Origin: Tubiluchus corallicola
Taxonomy: Eukaryota; Animalia; Priapulida
Assembly: GCA_030141605.1 (NCBI GenBank)
Contig: JAQGDQ010000181.1
Coordinates: 211,124-275,123 of the forward strand
Direction of reading: 5' to 3'
DNA length: 64,000 nt
The translations under genes and the position numbers were made by a program. Shown here in pieces: positions 1 through 13,630 of the stretch (the stretch's first letter is position 1; the number at the start of each line of letters is the position of its first letter). The notes under the pieces are model-generated. The model was not told the DNA's origin and searched no databases. It saw only the letters and a program-made list of their open reading frames with translations.

Positions 1-249
1 TACAGTAGGGTAATTATGATGCAAATTGAGTAAGCTGTAAGAGCATTTGTATCATCATCATTACTATCATCGTCATTGTCGCCAAGAATTAGCACTTGCA
101 AACAAAGTTACGTATTTAGGAAGTAGCTTGTAAAGGCAAGTAAATATTGGTAAAAAAGTTATGAACCGAGTCTCAAAATCTAGTGCCTCAATTCCCAAAA
201 AGTACTGGCTTGTCCAGCATATGCGTGATACTAAAACTAGTCTGACCTA

Positions 250-1667
250 AAGGGGAAGACACATAGAAAGAATGCCTGGCACAAGACTGCCTAAACAACT
301 TCTCCATAGAAATCTATCATCAAGTGCCCATTCAACAGGATAAAAGAAACTTTCCAAAGATTCACTAAAAGTACTCCTGAAGATTGTAGAAATTCTCCTA
401 AGGTGTGGGAGGAAAAGACTTGAAATCATCCGAACTTAAGAACCTACGGTACATCTGAATACACTACATTGAAAAAGCCAACGAGAAAAGCAGCATGCAA
501 AACCAAACAGTCCCCAAGACGGAGTTCAAACCATTGCCTGTCCTTATACTGCCCTAGGAAATGTATGGTGCAAATCGGTTTCAAAAGCCATCTACGCACC
601 CTAGGAAATGTATGGTGCAAATTGGTTTCAAAAGCCATCTACGCACCCTAGGAACTGCTTACAGCAAATCGGTCTCAAAAGCCATCTACGCACCCTAGGA
701 ACTGCTTACTGCAAATCAGTCTCAAAATCCATCTATGCACCCTAGGAACTGCTTAGTGCAAATTGGTCTCAAAAGCCATCTACGCACCCTAGGAACTAAT
801 TAGTGTAAATTGGTCTCAAAATCCATCTACGCACCCTAGGAACTGCTTACTGCAAATCAGTCTCAAAATCCATCTATGCACCCTAGGAACTGCTTAGTGC
901 AAATTGGTCTCAAAAGCCATCTACGCACACTAGGAACTAATTAGTGTAAATTGGTCTCAAAAGCCATCTACGCACCCTAGGAACTGCTTACTGCAAATCG
1001 GTCTCAAAATCCAACTATACACCCTAGGAACTGCTTACTGCAAATTGGTCTCAAAATCCATCTACGCACCCTAGGAACTGCTTAGTGCAAATTGGTCTCA
1101 AAAGCCATCTACGCACCCTAGGAACTGCTTACTGCAAATCAGTCTCAAAATCCATCTATACACCCTAGGAACTGCTTACTGCAAATCGGTCTCAAAATCC
1201 AACTATACACCCTAGGAACTGCTTACTGCAAATTGGTCTCAAAAGCCATCTATGCACCCTAGGAACTAATTAGTGTAAATTGGTCTCAAAAGCCATCTAC
1301 GCACCCTAGGAACTGCTTACTGCAAATCGGTCTCAAAATCCATCTATACACCCTAGGAACTGCTTACTGCAAATCAGTCTCAAAATCCATCTATGCACCC
1401 TAGGAACTGCTTAGTGCAAATTGGTCTCAAAAGCCATCTATGTGGTTTGTGTTTGGTTGTTCGCACCCTAGGAACTGCTTACTGCAAATCGGTCTCAAAA
1501 TCCATCTATACACCCTAGGAACTGCTTACTGCAAATCGGTCTCAAAATCCATCTACGCACCCTAGGAACTGCTTCCTGCAAATCGGTCTCAAAATCCATC
1601 TATGCATCCTAGAAATTACTTAGCGCAAATGGGTCTCAAAACCCATTGACGAACTCACCAGACATGA
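250..1667 (+). mobile_element. 3' remnant of an RTE-clade non-LTR retrotransposon (degenerate, interrupted by a minisatellite)
   Basis: Broken frames read HIERMPGTRLPKQLL..KDSLK and CPRKCMVQIGFKSHLRT..THQT*, matching the RTE/BovB-type C-terminus (RMPxxRLPKQLLYGEL; terminal CxxC..IGLxSHxRTH finger). Stops and frameshifts present; left boundary approximate. Confidence 0.75.
554..1655 (+). repeat. 47-bp minisatellite, 23 copies
   Basis: Unit CTAGGAACTGCTTACTGCAAATCGGTCTCAAAAGCCATCTACGCACC starts at 554, 601, 648 ... 1562, 1609; one 21-nt GT-rich insertion at 1441-1461. Confidence 0.95.
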
Positions 1668-2151
1668 AAAACAGATTTGAAAAATCATGCTTCACTTTCT
1701 CAAGGAGAAGAACATAAGTTTTGCCGCAGCTGTTGTTTTAATGACATTTTGGCAACACTTCCATCATGAAAACATGAACAGTAATCGTTCATTAAAATCA
1801 ATAAATTAAATGCCCTAACATGATTTGTGCATAGAGAACTGTAAAATTATGATAAACTCAAGCTCTGTTTTTTAAATTCACTGAAATTCATAGAAAAACA
1901 GAACAAAATAGTCAATTTTCATGCAACTGAAATATGCATAAATTAACATTATTATAACAAAATCAACACGTGATAATGCAGACATTAAAAATTATCTCAC
2001 AGACAAATAAAAATGTCTTACACAAAAAAATAAAATAGCGCCAAATCAAAAGACCCATTTACAAAGTCTTTAAGAGTATAATACTCAATACCTTTATAGA
2101 TAAATTGAAATCTCTTATTATCAACTAAATTTATAACATTTACTGTTTTAG

Positions 2152-2443
2152 CACAATGAGCCCAGATAACTATGAGGAAGCAAAATCGTATCTGGTGAAA
2201 GCTTCGGTAGCAGCTGGAGTCCTCATACTTATTGCCGTAATATTCTGGGTAGTTCACTTATGCAAAAAGCGCAAAAAGAAGTTGAGTATAGACTGTCAGA
2301 CGCTCCTTACCTTACCTTCAGAGAGCCACCTTGGAGAAACCAATTCATACAGCGTTGATGCAACTATAATTACACAAATACCAAACTTCCGGTATATCAG
2401 TGTACCATGCAATAAAACGTACCAAAATACCATGTCAAAATAA
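2152..2443 (+). CDS. Terminal exon of a single-pass (type I) membrane protein; upstream exons outside the window
   Basis: Acceptor ttactgttttag ends at 2151; frame encodes hydrophobic ASVAAGVLILIAVIFWVVHLC then stop-transfer KKRKKK and a ~55-aa tail; AATAAA overlaps the stop. Confidence 0.6.
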
Positions 2444-3078
2444 AACATGCTGAGAGCTTTTCAATGACAAACGGGGTTAGTATCGTCTTACGATATCAAC
2501 TAATATTTTAATAATGTCACATAATGCATGTTAGTGGTTAAAGTATAGTATAATCTGTAACCAGTAGCAATTTACCTGTACAAAACTATCAATAAACTTG
2601 GTAAGTTTTTTGTTGTAAATTAATACTAATTCTTTAATATTGCTAGATATTGAACTTTTAACGATTTAAAAATTTCATAAAGCAATCTATTATCAAAATA
2701 TTCGTATGTTATGTACATTATTAATATATAATGAGCAATGTGTATTATAAATCACTTTGTTGTTATGAGTGCATTATGAAGAATGTAAAATATACAGTCC
2801 TAAAACCATTCAGTGTATGTGTGTTTGGTAAATGTGAAACTAATAACTTATGTTATATAGGCAAAATTTGCTCTAACGTAATTTACTTGGTGTATAAATT
2901 TATTGAATCAAATGCTCATGTCTGCTCAAAAATAGCTGTTCAAATCTACTCTCATTAATAAATAATTTAAAGAAGAAAAATGGTTAATCATTATTCAACC
3001 ATCAAGAGTAATGGTTGTGGCAGGACGGAAACCTATCTGTTTATCAAGGTTAATCCTCTAGGGTGAGCCACAGAACCG

Positions 3079-3138
3079 TCTCAGCATCAGCAAACATCAG
3101 GACTATATATATAGTCCTGATGTTTGCTGATGCTGAGA
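3079..3138. repeat. Perfect 60-bp palindrome with TA-repeat centre
   Basis: TCTCAGCATCAGCAAACATCAGGACTATAT followed directly by its exact reverse complement. Confidence 0.95.
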
Positions 3139-6100
3139 TATATATGTGTGTGCGTGTACACACACACACACTCATATCTCAGTTTGCCGGACCTTGCCGT
3201 TATGGATATTGGAAGAACCTGACAAAATCTGGACTGATAAAAAGTCTCGCGTAATATGGACACAGTCCAATGTTTCGTTAGCTCATAACTAGTTGGCGGG
3301 CTGTCACTTTGTTTACATCATTACATCAGTGTAACCATGAGTATATCTTATATATAAAAATACAGAATCAATTATATGCAGAGTTACTTCAGTCAACTGC
3401 CAACAGTTCTTACATACTTTTGCATAGGAGAGGCCCATATTAGATGTTTTTGAGAAAATTAGGCAATTGATTCTATATTAGTGTGAGTTTAGTACGTGGC
3501 GACAACTGTATCAGCTTAGTATCGGTAAATATGGACAATTGGTAAATTCGGACCAATGATTTCATTGTATGCTAAAATTGATGATAATGCGCATAGAGCA
3601 ATATTAAAACAGTGATAATTATAAAATAGCTGTTCCTTTGTCACATTCTTGTCACTGTTGTGTTTGCTTATGAGTAGGGTCTATTAACTAATTAGCATTT
3701 ATTTTGTGTGTATAATATATTGTATGTTACATGGATGTAAAAATCTGCTACAAAATATCTATTCAATTCAATTCAAATCAACATTTAGGGTAATTAAACA
3801 TTAGATTTTACAACAATCATTGAAAAATATAAGAACACTAAAAATAATCACAAAAAATTAATCGTGATGTTGATTTACAAGTACAAGGTTATAATCGAAT
3901 TACTAAATTTCACATAGCCCATTGATATTTTCAGAATTGTACTTATTCCAATTTTTATGAAAAAATAAAAAATCTCGCTATTAGGAAAAGAGAAACGTGG
4001 CACTTGAAACTACTGCATTGTTTTGTTGTTGTCTTTGTTTTTATTCTTATCTTAATTATGGAAATTTTTCATTAACCATCACTAGTCTTCACATTATGAA
4101 TTAAATTTGCATTATTGTGCACCTATTGCATTGAAGATTACAGGCTATCATCATAGAGAGTTGCACTCTACACAATTACATGTCACAACTTAATAAATCA
4201 CCTTTCACAGATTGACAACTTGGCAATGACAAAAATTTTGGCAAATGGCAATTCAGCATTACTGTGTTCAGCAATACTGTTATTTATTATTTAGAGTCTG
4301 ACAGAGTGAAGAAAAATCCGATCACTGCAGCTTACCTACCAAATTACCCAGTCCACATAATTCGTAAAAAACACACACAAACTGATATTCAAAATGTTGA
4401 ACTCTATCCACATGAGCAGTTTTCACTGGCAGTTATTTCGTACATAACTGCTGTCGTCATTTATGATATAATGTTAAAAATGAAGTTAACTACTAGTGCA
4501 ATTTTTGTTAACTGTCGTGAGTTGTTGAATGTATGGCGTAATATGACCTCTTTTTCTTGTTCTTCTTGTTGACTTATATAAAATATTTATTGTGTAATGC
4601 CAATGTAATTAACTTGCTTTTATGGCCACGACGTGATGCTTCTGTTACTTACAATATCACTTTCATGTGTCTTAATGTCCACTAAATACAATGTACAATT
4701 GCATTAATTTAAAATTAACCTATTAATTGCTGAAAATAATCTATCATTGAATTCATTTTATTTCTTTGTTAAATATCTAAATCTTTCTATCATCAAGAAA
4801 AGAAGCGTCAACTTAATACTGTAAAACGTATGAACAAATCCACATCTTGATGAACACATTTGTTTGTAAAGAATGTTCATATATAGGAATTTAATTTGAA
4901 AAGTCAAATAAAACAACTGCAGTATATTACAGACGTAGCTGCGATGAACATGAAATGAAACCATGTTTAAAACGTAACATAAATATAACTGCATATTCAG
5001 AATTGGACATAAAAATATGAAAAAGTAGTCAGTTTTTATGGCAGGCAACAGTTTGAGAAAAAATCTATAAAGTAATATAATTTTTAAGGAGATTTTTCTG
5101 AAACCTACTTCAGGTACTGGTGTAGTATTAGTATTTATAAACTTAGCATTTAAACTGTAGTTTTCCACATTTTAAGCATGTAATCCTAGGTTGTTTAGTT
5201 TGGAATTCAAAATAGCTCACAACAGCTTGGATGGTTGAATCTGTTTTTGAAAGACCAGTCATCACTTACCAATGTAATACAATAATCAGCTAGTCAGCAA
5301 GGGTAACGTGCACTCTAAACAGGTGGAATTTTCTTACATTCTCTGACCTGGTGGTCTGTTGCCTGGTATTGCTATTATAATGTGTCACTGATACAGCAGC
5401 AGAATTGCTGTTTGCACAAAAATCAATAAAATCTTATGCCTAGAATGTGCTATTAGCAATTAAGCTATTTTGGAAATGAGGAAACTTACCAGTTGAAAAT
5501 TTTGCATCACAGCGACCATTACTAGTATAGCACTTGTCTCTGGTTAGACTTTTGTTGTCAAACTTTTACTGTCAAAAATTCGCTAGACTTTAGATGCTCA
5601 AAGCACGGCTAGCGAAGCCAGTGTACCAGCACTGATTGTGTCTTTTCATGTAAATTTAGTGTAAAAGAACTGACATTAGAATGCTTCACCCTTAATTTTC
5701 TTGCACCTGTTGAGCGCATTCAACACTTACAACTACTTGAATTTATCATTATTAGAATCGATGACATATAGGCACATCGCAAAATAAACACTGCATCTGT
5801 ATGAAGTTTTTTAAATTTTTTGATGGACTTTTATGAAAATAATCAGTTAGAGACCAATATTCAACAACAAGATGTGACCACACAAAGTATCACAGTACTA
5901 CAAAGAAGTTTTATCAGAATTTTAGAATGCTAGAATTTTTTGTAACACAGACAGAAAAACAGTGATACAAAGGGAGCAGTCAGAGGAAGATATATATATA
6001 TACATGCAAAAAAGAAATTTGAAATTTCGCTGTAAACTTTTGTTAAGTTTTAGCTTATTGTTTAAGCAATAAGTATCATAAAGTGTTCGATTTGTGAACC

Positions 6101-6999
6101 AAGCATTATTGATTATTGCAACACAGCTGAGGTCTTGTAAATGCAACTGAATGCTCTTAATGTCCTACATAAAGCACCCATTTCCTACGGAAGGCACCAT
6201 TTCGTTTAGAGACATTTCACTTAGCGACCCAAATCTTCACTTCAGACTGTAAGATTCAGCATATTCAGAACTTTGTCATTTAATGTCCCGGATTATTATC
6301 TTTAATGATAACAAGCAGCAATTAGGCATCAAAAACAGAATGGAAGAAAACACGGTGACTTACAATTTTGTTTTCGCGGATTTAACACACAACTGGCGCC
6401 GAACAAAAAATGATATTGCCGCAAACCTAAGCTACAAGTGCGTCTAACAAACAATTGAAATACACTTAAAGAAATCATACATCAACAATTAGTTATTGCT
6501 AGTTATACTAATTATAACTATTGAGACTTTACCTCGTAGCATGCTTAACATAAAAGGGGAAACCCGCAAAAGTTTCGTCAACTGGAAACTGCCAAAACGT
6601 TGTTAATAGCAAGCCAAGAAACCTTAAAAGTTTTCTTGGCGTAAATTAACTTGATTACGAACTGTTTGCACGAACATTACATCCGCGCTAAGAATAATTA
6701 CGATCATTCAATGACATTCCATAGCATAAAATGTAACCAAATGTATAGAATTATTCGATCTATAGTTGTTATTACCAAAGTAAGCTTTTCTACAGAAAAA
6801 ATATTCAATTATAGACACTATCCATTTTTCCATTTTCTTTTGCGTTTTTAGTGTTTATCTTAAGGTAAACAACTGGACAATCAAGATAAATGATTATAAT
6901 AAAACGTCTAAAACAAAAAACACTTTCAGTGCAATTTATATATATAAATTCTTTATTTGTCATTAAAAATGGCTCACTCATTACAATAAAATTGAGTAA

Positions 7000-7710
7000 T
7001 CCTCAGCGTAATGTTAAAAACAAAACTGTTCAAGACAAATGCGTCCAGTGCAGACTAAAAAAAACTAAAGTGTAAAACTAAGGCCTAATTAAATACAATT
7101 AATGAACATATTTACAAACACAATATTAAAATAATTTTACAAAACAATATTACAAAAAAAACATTAAATTTTACAAGACATATTTTACACTATATATACA
7201 TTTAACATGACACAATTAACAGAAACATGTTTTACATTACATAAATTTTTTTTTTATTTTACATTTTTAATCGTTTTATGGAGTTAGGGGCGGGGGTAGA
7301 TGAAAATTGAGTCTGTGTAATTAGTATCAGATGCACAATGTGGAAGTTGAAACCTGTTATATTGATATTCTTTTAATTTCTTTTTAAAGTGGTGGAGAGA
7401 TTCTATTAGTTTTATTTCACTGGGTAGTAAGTTCCATAAATGTATGGCCTGTTTTGATATAGAGTTATTTCCAAATTTGTTGTTTACTGTAATTTGCTTT
7501 AAATTGTGTGTTCTATTGTTTAAAGTGGTATCAGGAATGAATGCTAAGGGATTGTTTATAAATGGAATGCTCAGTTTGTTGATATATTTATAAAGAAATA
7601 TCAGTGTTTTGTAATCTCGATAGGCTTCTAATATTGGTATTTTTGTGGACGTTCTTAAGCTTGTTGCAGATGCAGCATGTTGTTTAGCAGTTTTATTAGA
7701 ATAGCCATGA
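7000..7710 (-). mobile_element. 5'-truncated CR1/L2-group LINE 3' fragment
   Basis: Minus strand reads KFGNNSISKQAIHLWNLLPSEIKLIESLHHFKKKLKEY, the typical LWNxLP..FKxxLK end of CR1/L2-group ORF2, followed by a T-rich 3' UTR. Boundaries approximate. Confidence 0.7.
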
Positions 7711-7850
7711 ATTTAACGACTGATGATCTACTTTCTGATCCTGTAATGAGGGAGTATAGTAGCCTTATCACAAACTGATAAACAATTCTGTTTTACTGCC
7801 CTGCAACAATTATAAAAAAAAATCGTCTTTTATTGTGTGTGTGTGATCAG

Positions 7851-8215
7851 TAGGGGTGAGCATCGAACGTTCGAATTTGATTCGAACGAGTTTTTTTAGT
7901 TCGAACTCGATTCGAATCCAAAACTATAGATTCGAATAATTCAGCACTTCAATCACACATGTTCTTTATCACTAAAACGATTGAAACATCATGCAATTAG
8001 CATAATTTAGCTGTGATTTCTGCACACAATCTTAAAGAAATTACTAGTCGTTTTATTGCAGAACAAAATCTAGTGATATGCATGATCTTTGTAAGACTAA
8101 TTTTTGCTGGTGGTTCGAAAACTTGTTCGACAATCTTTCGATCTCAATTCGAATTCGAAAGTCACAAATTCGGTTCGATTCGAATTCGCTTTCCGGTAGA
8201 GAATGCTCACCCCTA
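7851..8215. mobile_element. hAT-type MITE, copy 1
   Basis: TIRs TAGGGGTGAGCAT / ATGCTCACCCCTA; exact 8-bp TSD GTGATCAG (7843-7850, 8216-8223); many subterminal TTCGAA motifs. Confidence 0.85.
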
Positions 8216-8223
8216 GTGATCAG

Positions 8224-8600
8224 TAGAAGTGAGCATCGAGCGTTCAAGTCTTTTGGATTTTCAAATTTATAGATTCGAATAATCCAGCACTTCAGCCACA
8301 CACGTTCTTTATCGTTAAAATGTTTGAAACAGTATGCAATTAAAACAATTTAGCTGCAGTTTCTGTGCAAAACTTTTAACAAACTAACAGTGGTTTACCT
8401 GCAGAACAAAATCAAGTAATATAAATGATCTTTGTAAGGCCACTTTTTACTAATGGTTCGAAAACTGGTTCGAAAATCTTTCAAACTCAATTCGAATTCG
8501 ATTCAGATTCGAAATACTGAAATTTGCTTCGATTCGAATTCGAAAGTCACAAATTTGCTTCGATTCGGATTCGCTTTCTGGCAGAGAATGCTCACCCCTG
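8224..8600. mobile_element. hAT-type MITE, copy 2 (more diverged)
   Basis: Same internal sequence as copy 1; ends TAGAAGTGAGCAT / ATGCTCACCCCTG; flanked by GTGATCAG and ATAATCAG. Confidence 0.8.
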
Positions 8601-9559
8601 ATAATCAGCATTCAGCAGATAATTGTGTCATGGGCTACATAGTCTCAATAATTCCGTAATTATTAGCAACAAAGTTAACGCGCTGTGACAGGCATGGTAG
8701 TACAATAAATCATTTAGATGTTCAGATGAATAATTTGAATACATGTATTAGGTGAAATTTAAATGATGCTGGTGTGCGGCACCGCGGTCGTTTACGAAAC
8801 TGTCGTGAAAGACAAACATTTTTCGTACGATGACAGGCATACGTGCTGACTTTCGTATGATTTTGCATATTGACCATAATTTTTTTGACAAATTGTTGAG
8901 AAATCTGAATTTTTGTGAAATCTGGTTTTACTTTTTAGACTAATTGCGCTTGTAGTATTATTGCAGACACAAGGCAGTGCTTTCAGTGAGAAATGCTTTT
9001 TTTAATTCTTTACATTTTGTGAGTATGTTATGAATGGAACAACTCTTCAAAATACAAAGTTTAAATCTTTAATCGACATTTATTTTGTTGAAACGTGGTT
9101 TCTATGAGTGTATTCACTTAACTCTTATCATGACAGTACAGTATAACGGTTATACACATTAAAGCTGTCAATTTATTGTCAGTAATTGAATTGAATTAAA
9201 TTGAATAGAATAACACTTTAAAAGAGAATCAAATTTCAACATTTTTTTGAGTTCGACTCAGATTAAAACGAAATTGTTGTGGGAATTGATTCTCTCGTGT
9301 TGATCAGTGCAAACCTAATGATTGTTAATATTTCATTACCAAAAAGTTAAACATTTCAAAAAAATAATCCACGAAAAATGACAAACTTGACTGGACTTGT
9401 GCATCCTGTGTATTAGAATTAAAATTGTCTGTCTTTAATTCATTTGCCGAAGCTCAATACTTAGACTATACTGAAACTTTGTAACTTGTAATAGTAAAAG
9501 TAAAATTGAAATCATCCTCAAATTAGAAAATTGTATGTACCTGTATGTTAGGCAAAAAC

Positions 9560-10303
9560 TTGCGTTATAGTGTACTATTTAAGCGTAGTCAGTTACCTGC
9601 CTACAGCTTGTGTTTCTTTAATTTGAAATTACGTTTATGATCCCATTGTACATCCTGCATCTTCAGCAGGCATCAAATTTCTGCAGTTTCAGCTAAATTT
9701 CCTCTCAGCTTTTCATAAAAGATTTTTGAAACCTAATTCCTCTTTCACGTACGCATCCATTTCACTAGTTTCATCACATTCGCAACCATAACAGTGGTCT
9801 TGTTGTTAATTCTTCATTGAGGAATCTTTTTGCTGTTCAGTATCGCCACTCGCCAGCTTTTTACCTTTCGTCTCTTGTATTCCGCTCCTGAAGACTTGAC
9901 TAATATAGGTTTATCTACCATAATTAGATTAATGCTGTTGTAATGAGTTTACGTATTAACGGAATGGTCATTACTATAAGGATTTGCATAACTTTGTTGC
10001 TGAATGCGTACAATAGAAACTGCAGGCAAAAACAGAGTAACATGTCAGTAATATCTGCATGAATTGAGGTAATATGAGAAATCCAGATGAAACGAAGATG
10101 TTGAAAACATTTAATGATCGTACATTTTGACAGTAAAATAACACAACTAGTTTGCGTCATTTAATTAATGCCGCTTAATTAATTACACTTGTACTGTATT
10201 ACTATTTATGCCAAACTTCAAAATTAAAGAATTAGGAAACTTCCACAATGTGGCGCCCTATCGATAAACTGCTTAGTTTGCCTTAATGGTAGAGCAGGCC
10301 CTG
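9560..10303 (-). mobile_element. hAT-like DNA transposon remnant, homologous to 46710-47572
   Basis: End CAGGGCC on minus strand; shares blocks with 46710-47572 (CAAACTARGCAGTT..TAGGGCRCCA, TTCAGGAGCG, CAGCAAAAAGATTC, GATGAAACTAGTGAAAT). Boundaries approximate. Confidence 0.55.
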
Positions 10304-10846
10304 CTTTTCTCATCATTGTGATGGTTTTTATCTATTCTTTTCGGTTTTATTTGTACTGCGGGAGGCAATCCGTTTCTGATGCCTCCATTACATTAAAAAT
10401 TAGAAGCCTCCTTTTGGTTTTTTATATGACTCTCTTGTATCCACAGTAAAACATAATCAGATAGATGTCTTCTTTAGCTTTAACCTAAACAGACTCTACA
10501 AAATGTCAATTCACTTATCTCTTGATCTATTTTTAATGAAGAACTACATAATTATGTTTGTAAACACTTTTTCAGGTAAGTGTGAGGTCATCAGTTCCAG
10601 TTAGTAACTCACCAGTTAGAGGTCTCAGACTCTGAGTGTAATACACTGAATTAATACAGTTCTCACTATTTCTTGCGCTTTTCAATGATTGTTGACCACC
10701 AACACAATGTCGTGCGTGTCGTGTCATCGATGGTCATTCGCAGACCATTTCGCAAAGGTCCTGCGAGTAATCTTGGTAAGTGTTCATTAATTATTGTATT
10801 TTACAGTACATTACTTCTATTTTTTATGTATTTACACTATTCTATA

Positions 10847-11100
10847 CAGGTAGTCATGGACTTATGACCTTTGCGACTTAAACGACTATTCGACTTTGTG
10901 ACCCGACAACAACTTAATTAATTAATTATACGAAACCAGTTATAACTCATTTCTAGTAACTTTAATAAACAAATTAACTTTAAATTGCTGTCTCTTTTGA
11001 TAAATTAATCGTAAGTGACGCCATACTTAGTGCATCTTACTAATTTCTCTTACGACCAATATGCCAGAACCAACTGTGGACGGAAGTCAATGACTACCTG
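10847..11100. mobile_element. Tc1/mariner-type MITE
   Basis: 17-bp TIRs CAGGTAGTCATGGACTT / AAGTCAATGACTACCTG (1 mismatch), TA on both flanks. Confidence 0.8.
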
Positions 11101-13524
11101 TAAATGATGGTAAATATTTGATTTTTCTGCCTTACTCTTTACAACTTAACAAATTTTAAAAATTGTTGTTGCTCATTGTAGCTTAAGGTGGCACGCTACA
11201 AAAAGCCAGTTTACAGCTAGTTTTAATTCCTACATAAAAAAGCAGATGCCGCTCATCAAATATGAATATTTAATAGGCGAGACAGATGAGATTGAAAAAG
11301 CATAGTTTTAAATAATGCATAATGTTAGTGAGAAGTAGTGTATTTGCTATCTAGTCTACTGGTTCTATAGCTTAATGGTTATAATGTGTGCGTACCTTTT
11401 ATCCTGAATTCATCTTCAACGCCTCCAATTAAAAAAGTAATTATTCAAATGGACATAGGGGTCTAAAGAGCCAAGAAACTCAAACCTATTTGCTTTGGGA
11501 AGCTAACATCAAAAGCATATGAATGATGAATATCTTTGAGCATTAATTGTCACTGTGCGAACTGTGTGATGTTGTAAGTGTTGGATAATTATTACATATG
11601 TGCCTGATGGTAGCCGCAGCGTGTGGTTGGAGCATTGCTTTTTAGTTATAAAGATTTTTTTTAATATGGGATTTTTTATTTCATATATGTTGTCAGCATT
11701 AAATATTTGCTGATTTCAAATTATCCTTACCTGACACATTTCTCTTTAATAAACTATCATATTATTTTGTTATGGAGTGGTGTTTGAGCTAAGAACAAAA
11801 AGATAAACAATGTACGTGTGTACGGGTTAGTTTCAAATTGATTTTATTTGTGCAAAAGTTCTCCTCCCCTCCCCTAATTGGCCTCCTCACTTGTGACTGA
11901 AGAGTTTAAGGAAGAACCAACCCTCAAACAACATTTATTGCATTTTAATATACAACTAAAAATATTGAAATCACTACACATATATGCGCATAGAATGCTT
12001 TGCTTCAAAATGTAAAAGAAATTTAAATAGTTTTTATCTCCCGCCAAATGAACGACTCTGCCGGCATATTCGAAAAAGATGACATAAGCTGGTGTCTGCT
12101 GAGAATTCACTCAGAAGTTCCGTTATTCTAGCATTGTACCTAACTGTGTTATGTAAAAATGAGTCATTAGATCAATTATGACCAAATTTAAAGTGGTAAG
12201 TTAGCTTTAATCCATAGGAGTATACCACAAAATGCGTGAGTAGTATACATTAACTGTGTAAATGTAGTTAATTTGCAGACTTTGTTGACTTTTAGATACG
12301 CATGTAAACTTGCGAGCATATAGTAGGTACCTGATGGGTTACTTAGTTTATAGCGTTCGCTTTATAAGTCAAAAAAAGATTGCTGAAGCACCTGGCAGAC
12401 TAAGTGTTTATATTGCACGGAAACCGGATGACACCATTTTTCATTTAAAATGAGTGCGCCCAAGCATGAAGTGACGGCGATTTTAAATTCATTTTACTAA
12501 TTATATAAGGTGCTTATCACAATTTTATTGCTGAAATTTTCTAGCATTTTTCTCAAATATTAGAATAAGCTGAACTTCCCGAGAGGCTTTGCTTTTACTT
12601 TAAAACAGGTACATTAAAAATCTGTGCAGTATGTGTACTTAAAGCACTTTTAACAGTAAACATTTTAACATTTTTAACAGAAAAAGTACAAAATTAAATT
12701 TAGCTTGTCACAACTAATGTCACAAAAATACAGTTACAGAACAGTTAACAAGCAAATATCTACATTAGGGCCTGTCAATAGAATTAAAACAAAATTTATT
12801 ATGGTAACCAGAACTAATAAGCAAATAGCCGAATGTACCTGTATTTACTGATTTTGTTTTATTGTTTTGTGTTTGGTTTTGCTTAAAGAGGTTTGCTTTT
12901 ATATTTTGAGCACACCATAAATAGTTTGTTTTTAACACCACAAAATATCCACACCACAAGATGTTACTGTACTTAGATCTATAATTTATGCACCTTAATT
13001 TTTATGACACTTCTGTTTGAGCTAGTTAAATGTAATCACTGCAGTTGTGTTTGCTTCTTGTTATTTGTTCAACCTTTTGCTGCTATGCTGAAATACTACT
13101 GCACTATGATATATATATATATATATACAAGAAAATGTGTGAAAGCTAGACATTTTTGTGTTGGCACATTAAATTTAATTTTGAACTTTTCTCTGAAAAT
13201 TCTATTTTTTAGCTTTGGATCACTGTGTCTGTTCTAGCTTTTGTTTTGCTGTATTTTAAAGCGATACCTGTTAGGCCAAAACGTTGAATATTTTGCACAA
13301 GTGAAATCGTTTTGAAGTTTATCTTGTGCATTTAAGGCAAGTTTCTGGAGATCATGCTCCTGTTTCATTTTAAAACTTAAGTCAGTACCAATAAATCTAA
13401 TACTTGTACTAATAATGTCTGCAAGGGTGCAATCCTACATATTTACGTAACTGCTTGACTCTTTTGCCATTACGTACAGGATGCCATCACAGCTGTGCAT
13501 GCTGTATCAGTATCACACACCCCT

Positions 13525-13630
13525 AACACGATTGGATACGCTTGCAGTGACGTCACACTCTGCGTTCAATCATAACGTGTTTTTCTGCGCACGTCAGCAA
13601 ATTCTGAAAACTGGCCTTCGCAGAGCGACG
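13525..13630 (+). promoter_or_regulatory. Candidate WSB1 promoter motif cluster
   Basis: Reverse CCAAT (13531-13535), full CRE TGACGTCA (13548-13555), two ACGTG cores (13575-13579 and reverse at 13590-13594) in a locally CpG-rich patch ~0.9 kb upstream of the candidate ATG. Motifs only; no transcript data. Confidence 0.35.

Noticed and set aside
554-1655. CRISPR-like regular repeats
   Set aside because: Units are contiguous with no unique spacers, no cas genes, eukaryotic context; derived from an RTE ORF.
7860-8575. TTCGAA clusters as heat-shock elements
   Set aside because: HSEs need 2-nt spacing between GAA and TTC; these are better explained as transposase-binding subterminal repeats.
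10566-10582. TTTTTCAG|GTAAGT as a recursive splice site
   Set aside because: No evidence that it lies in a long plus-strand intron; single motif only.
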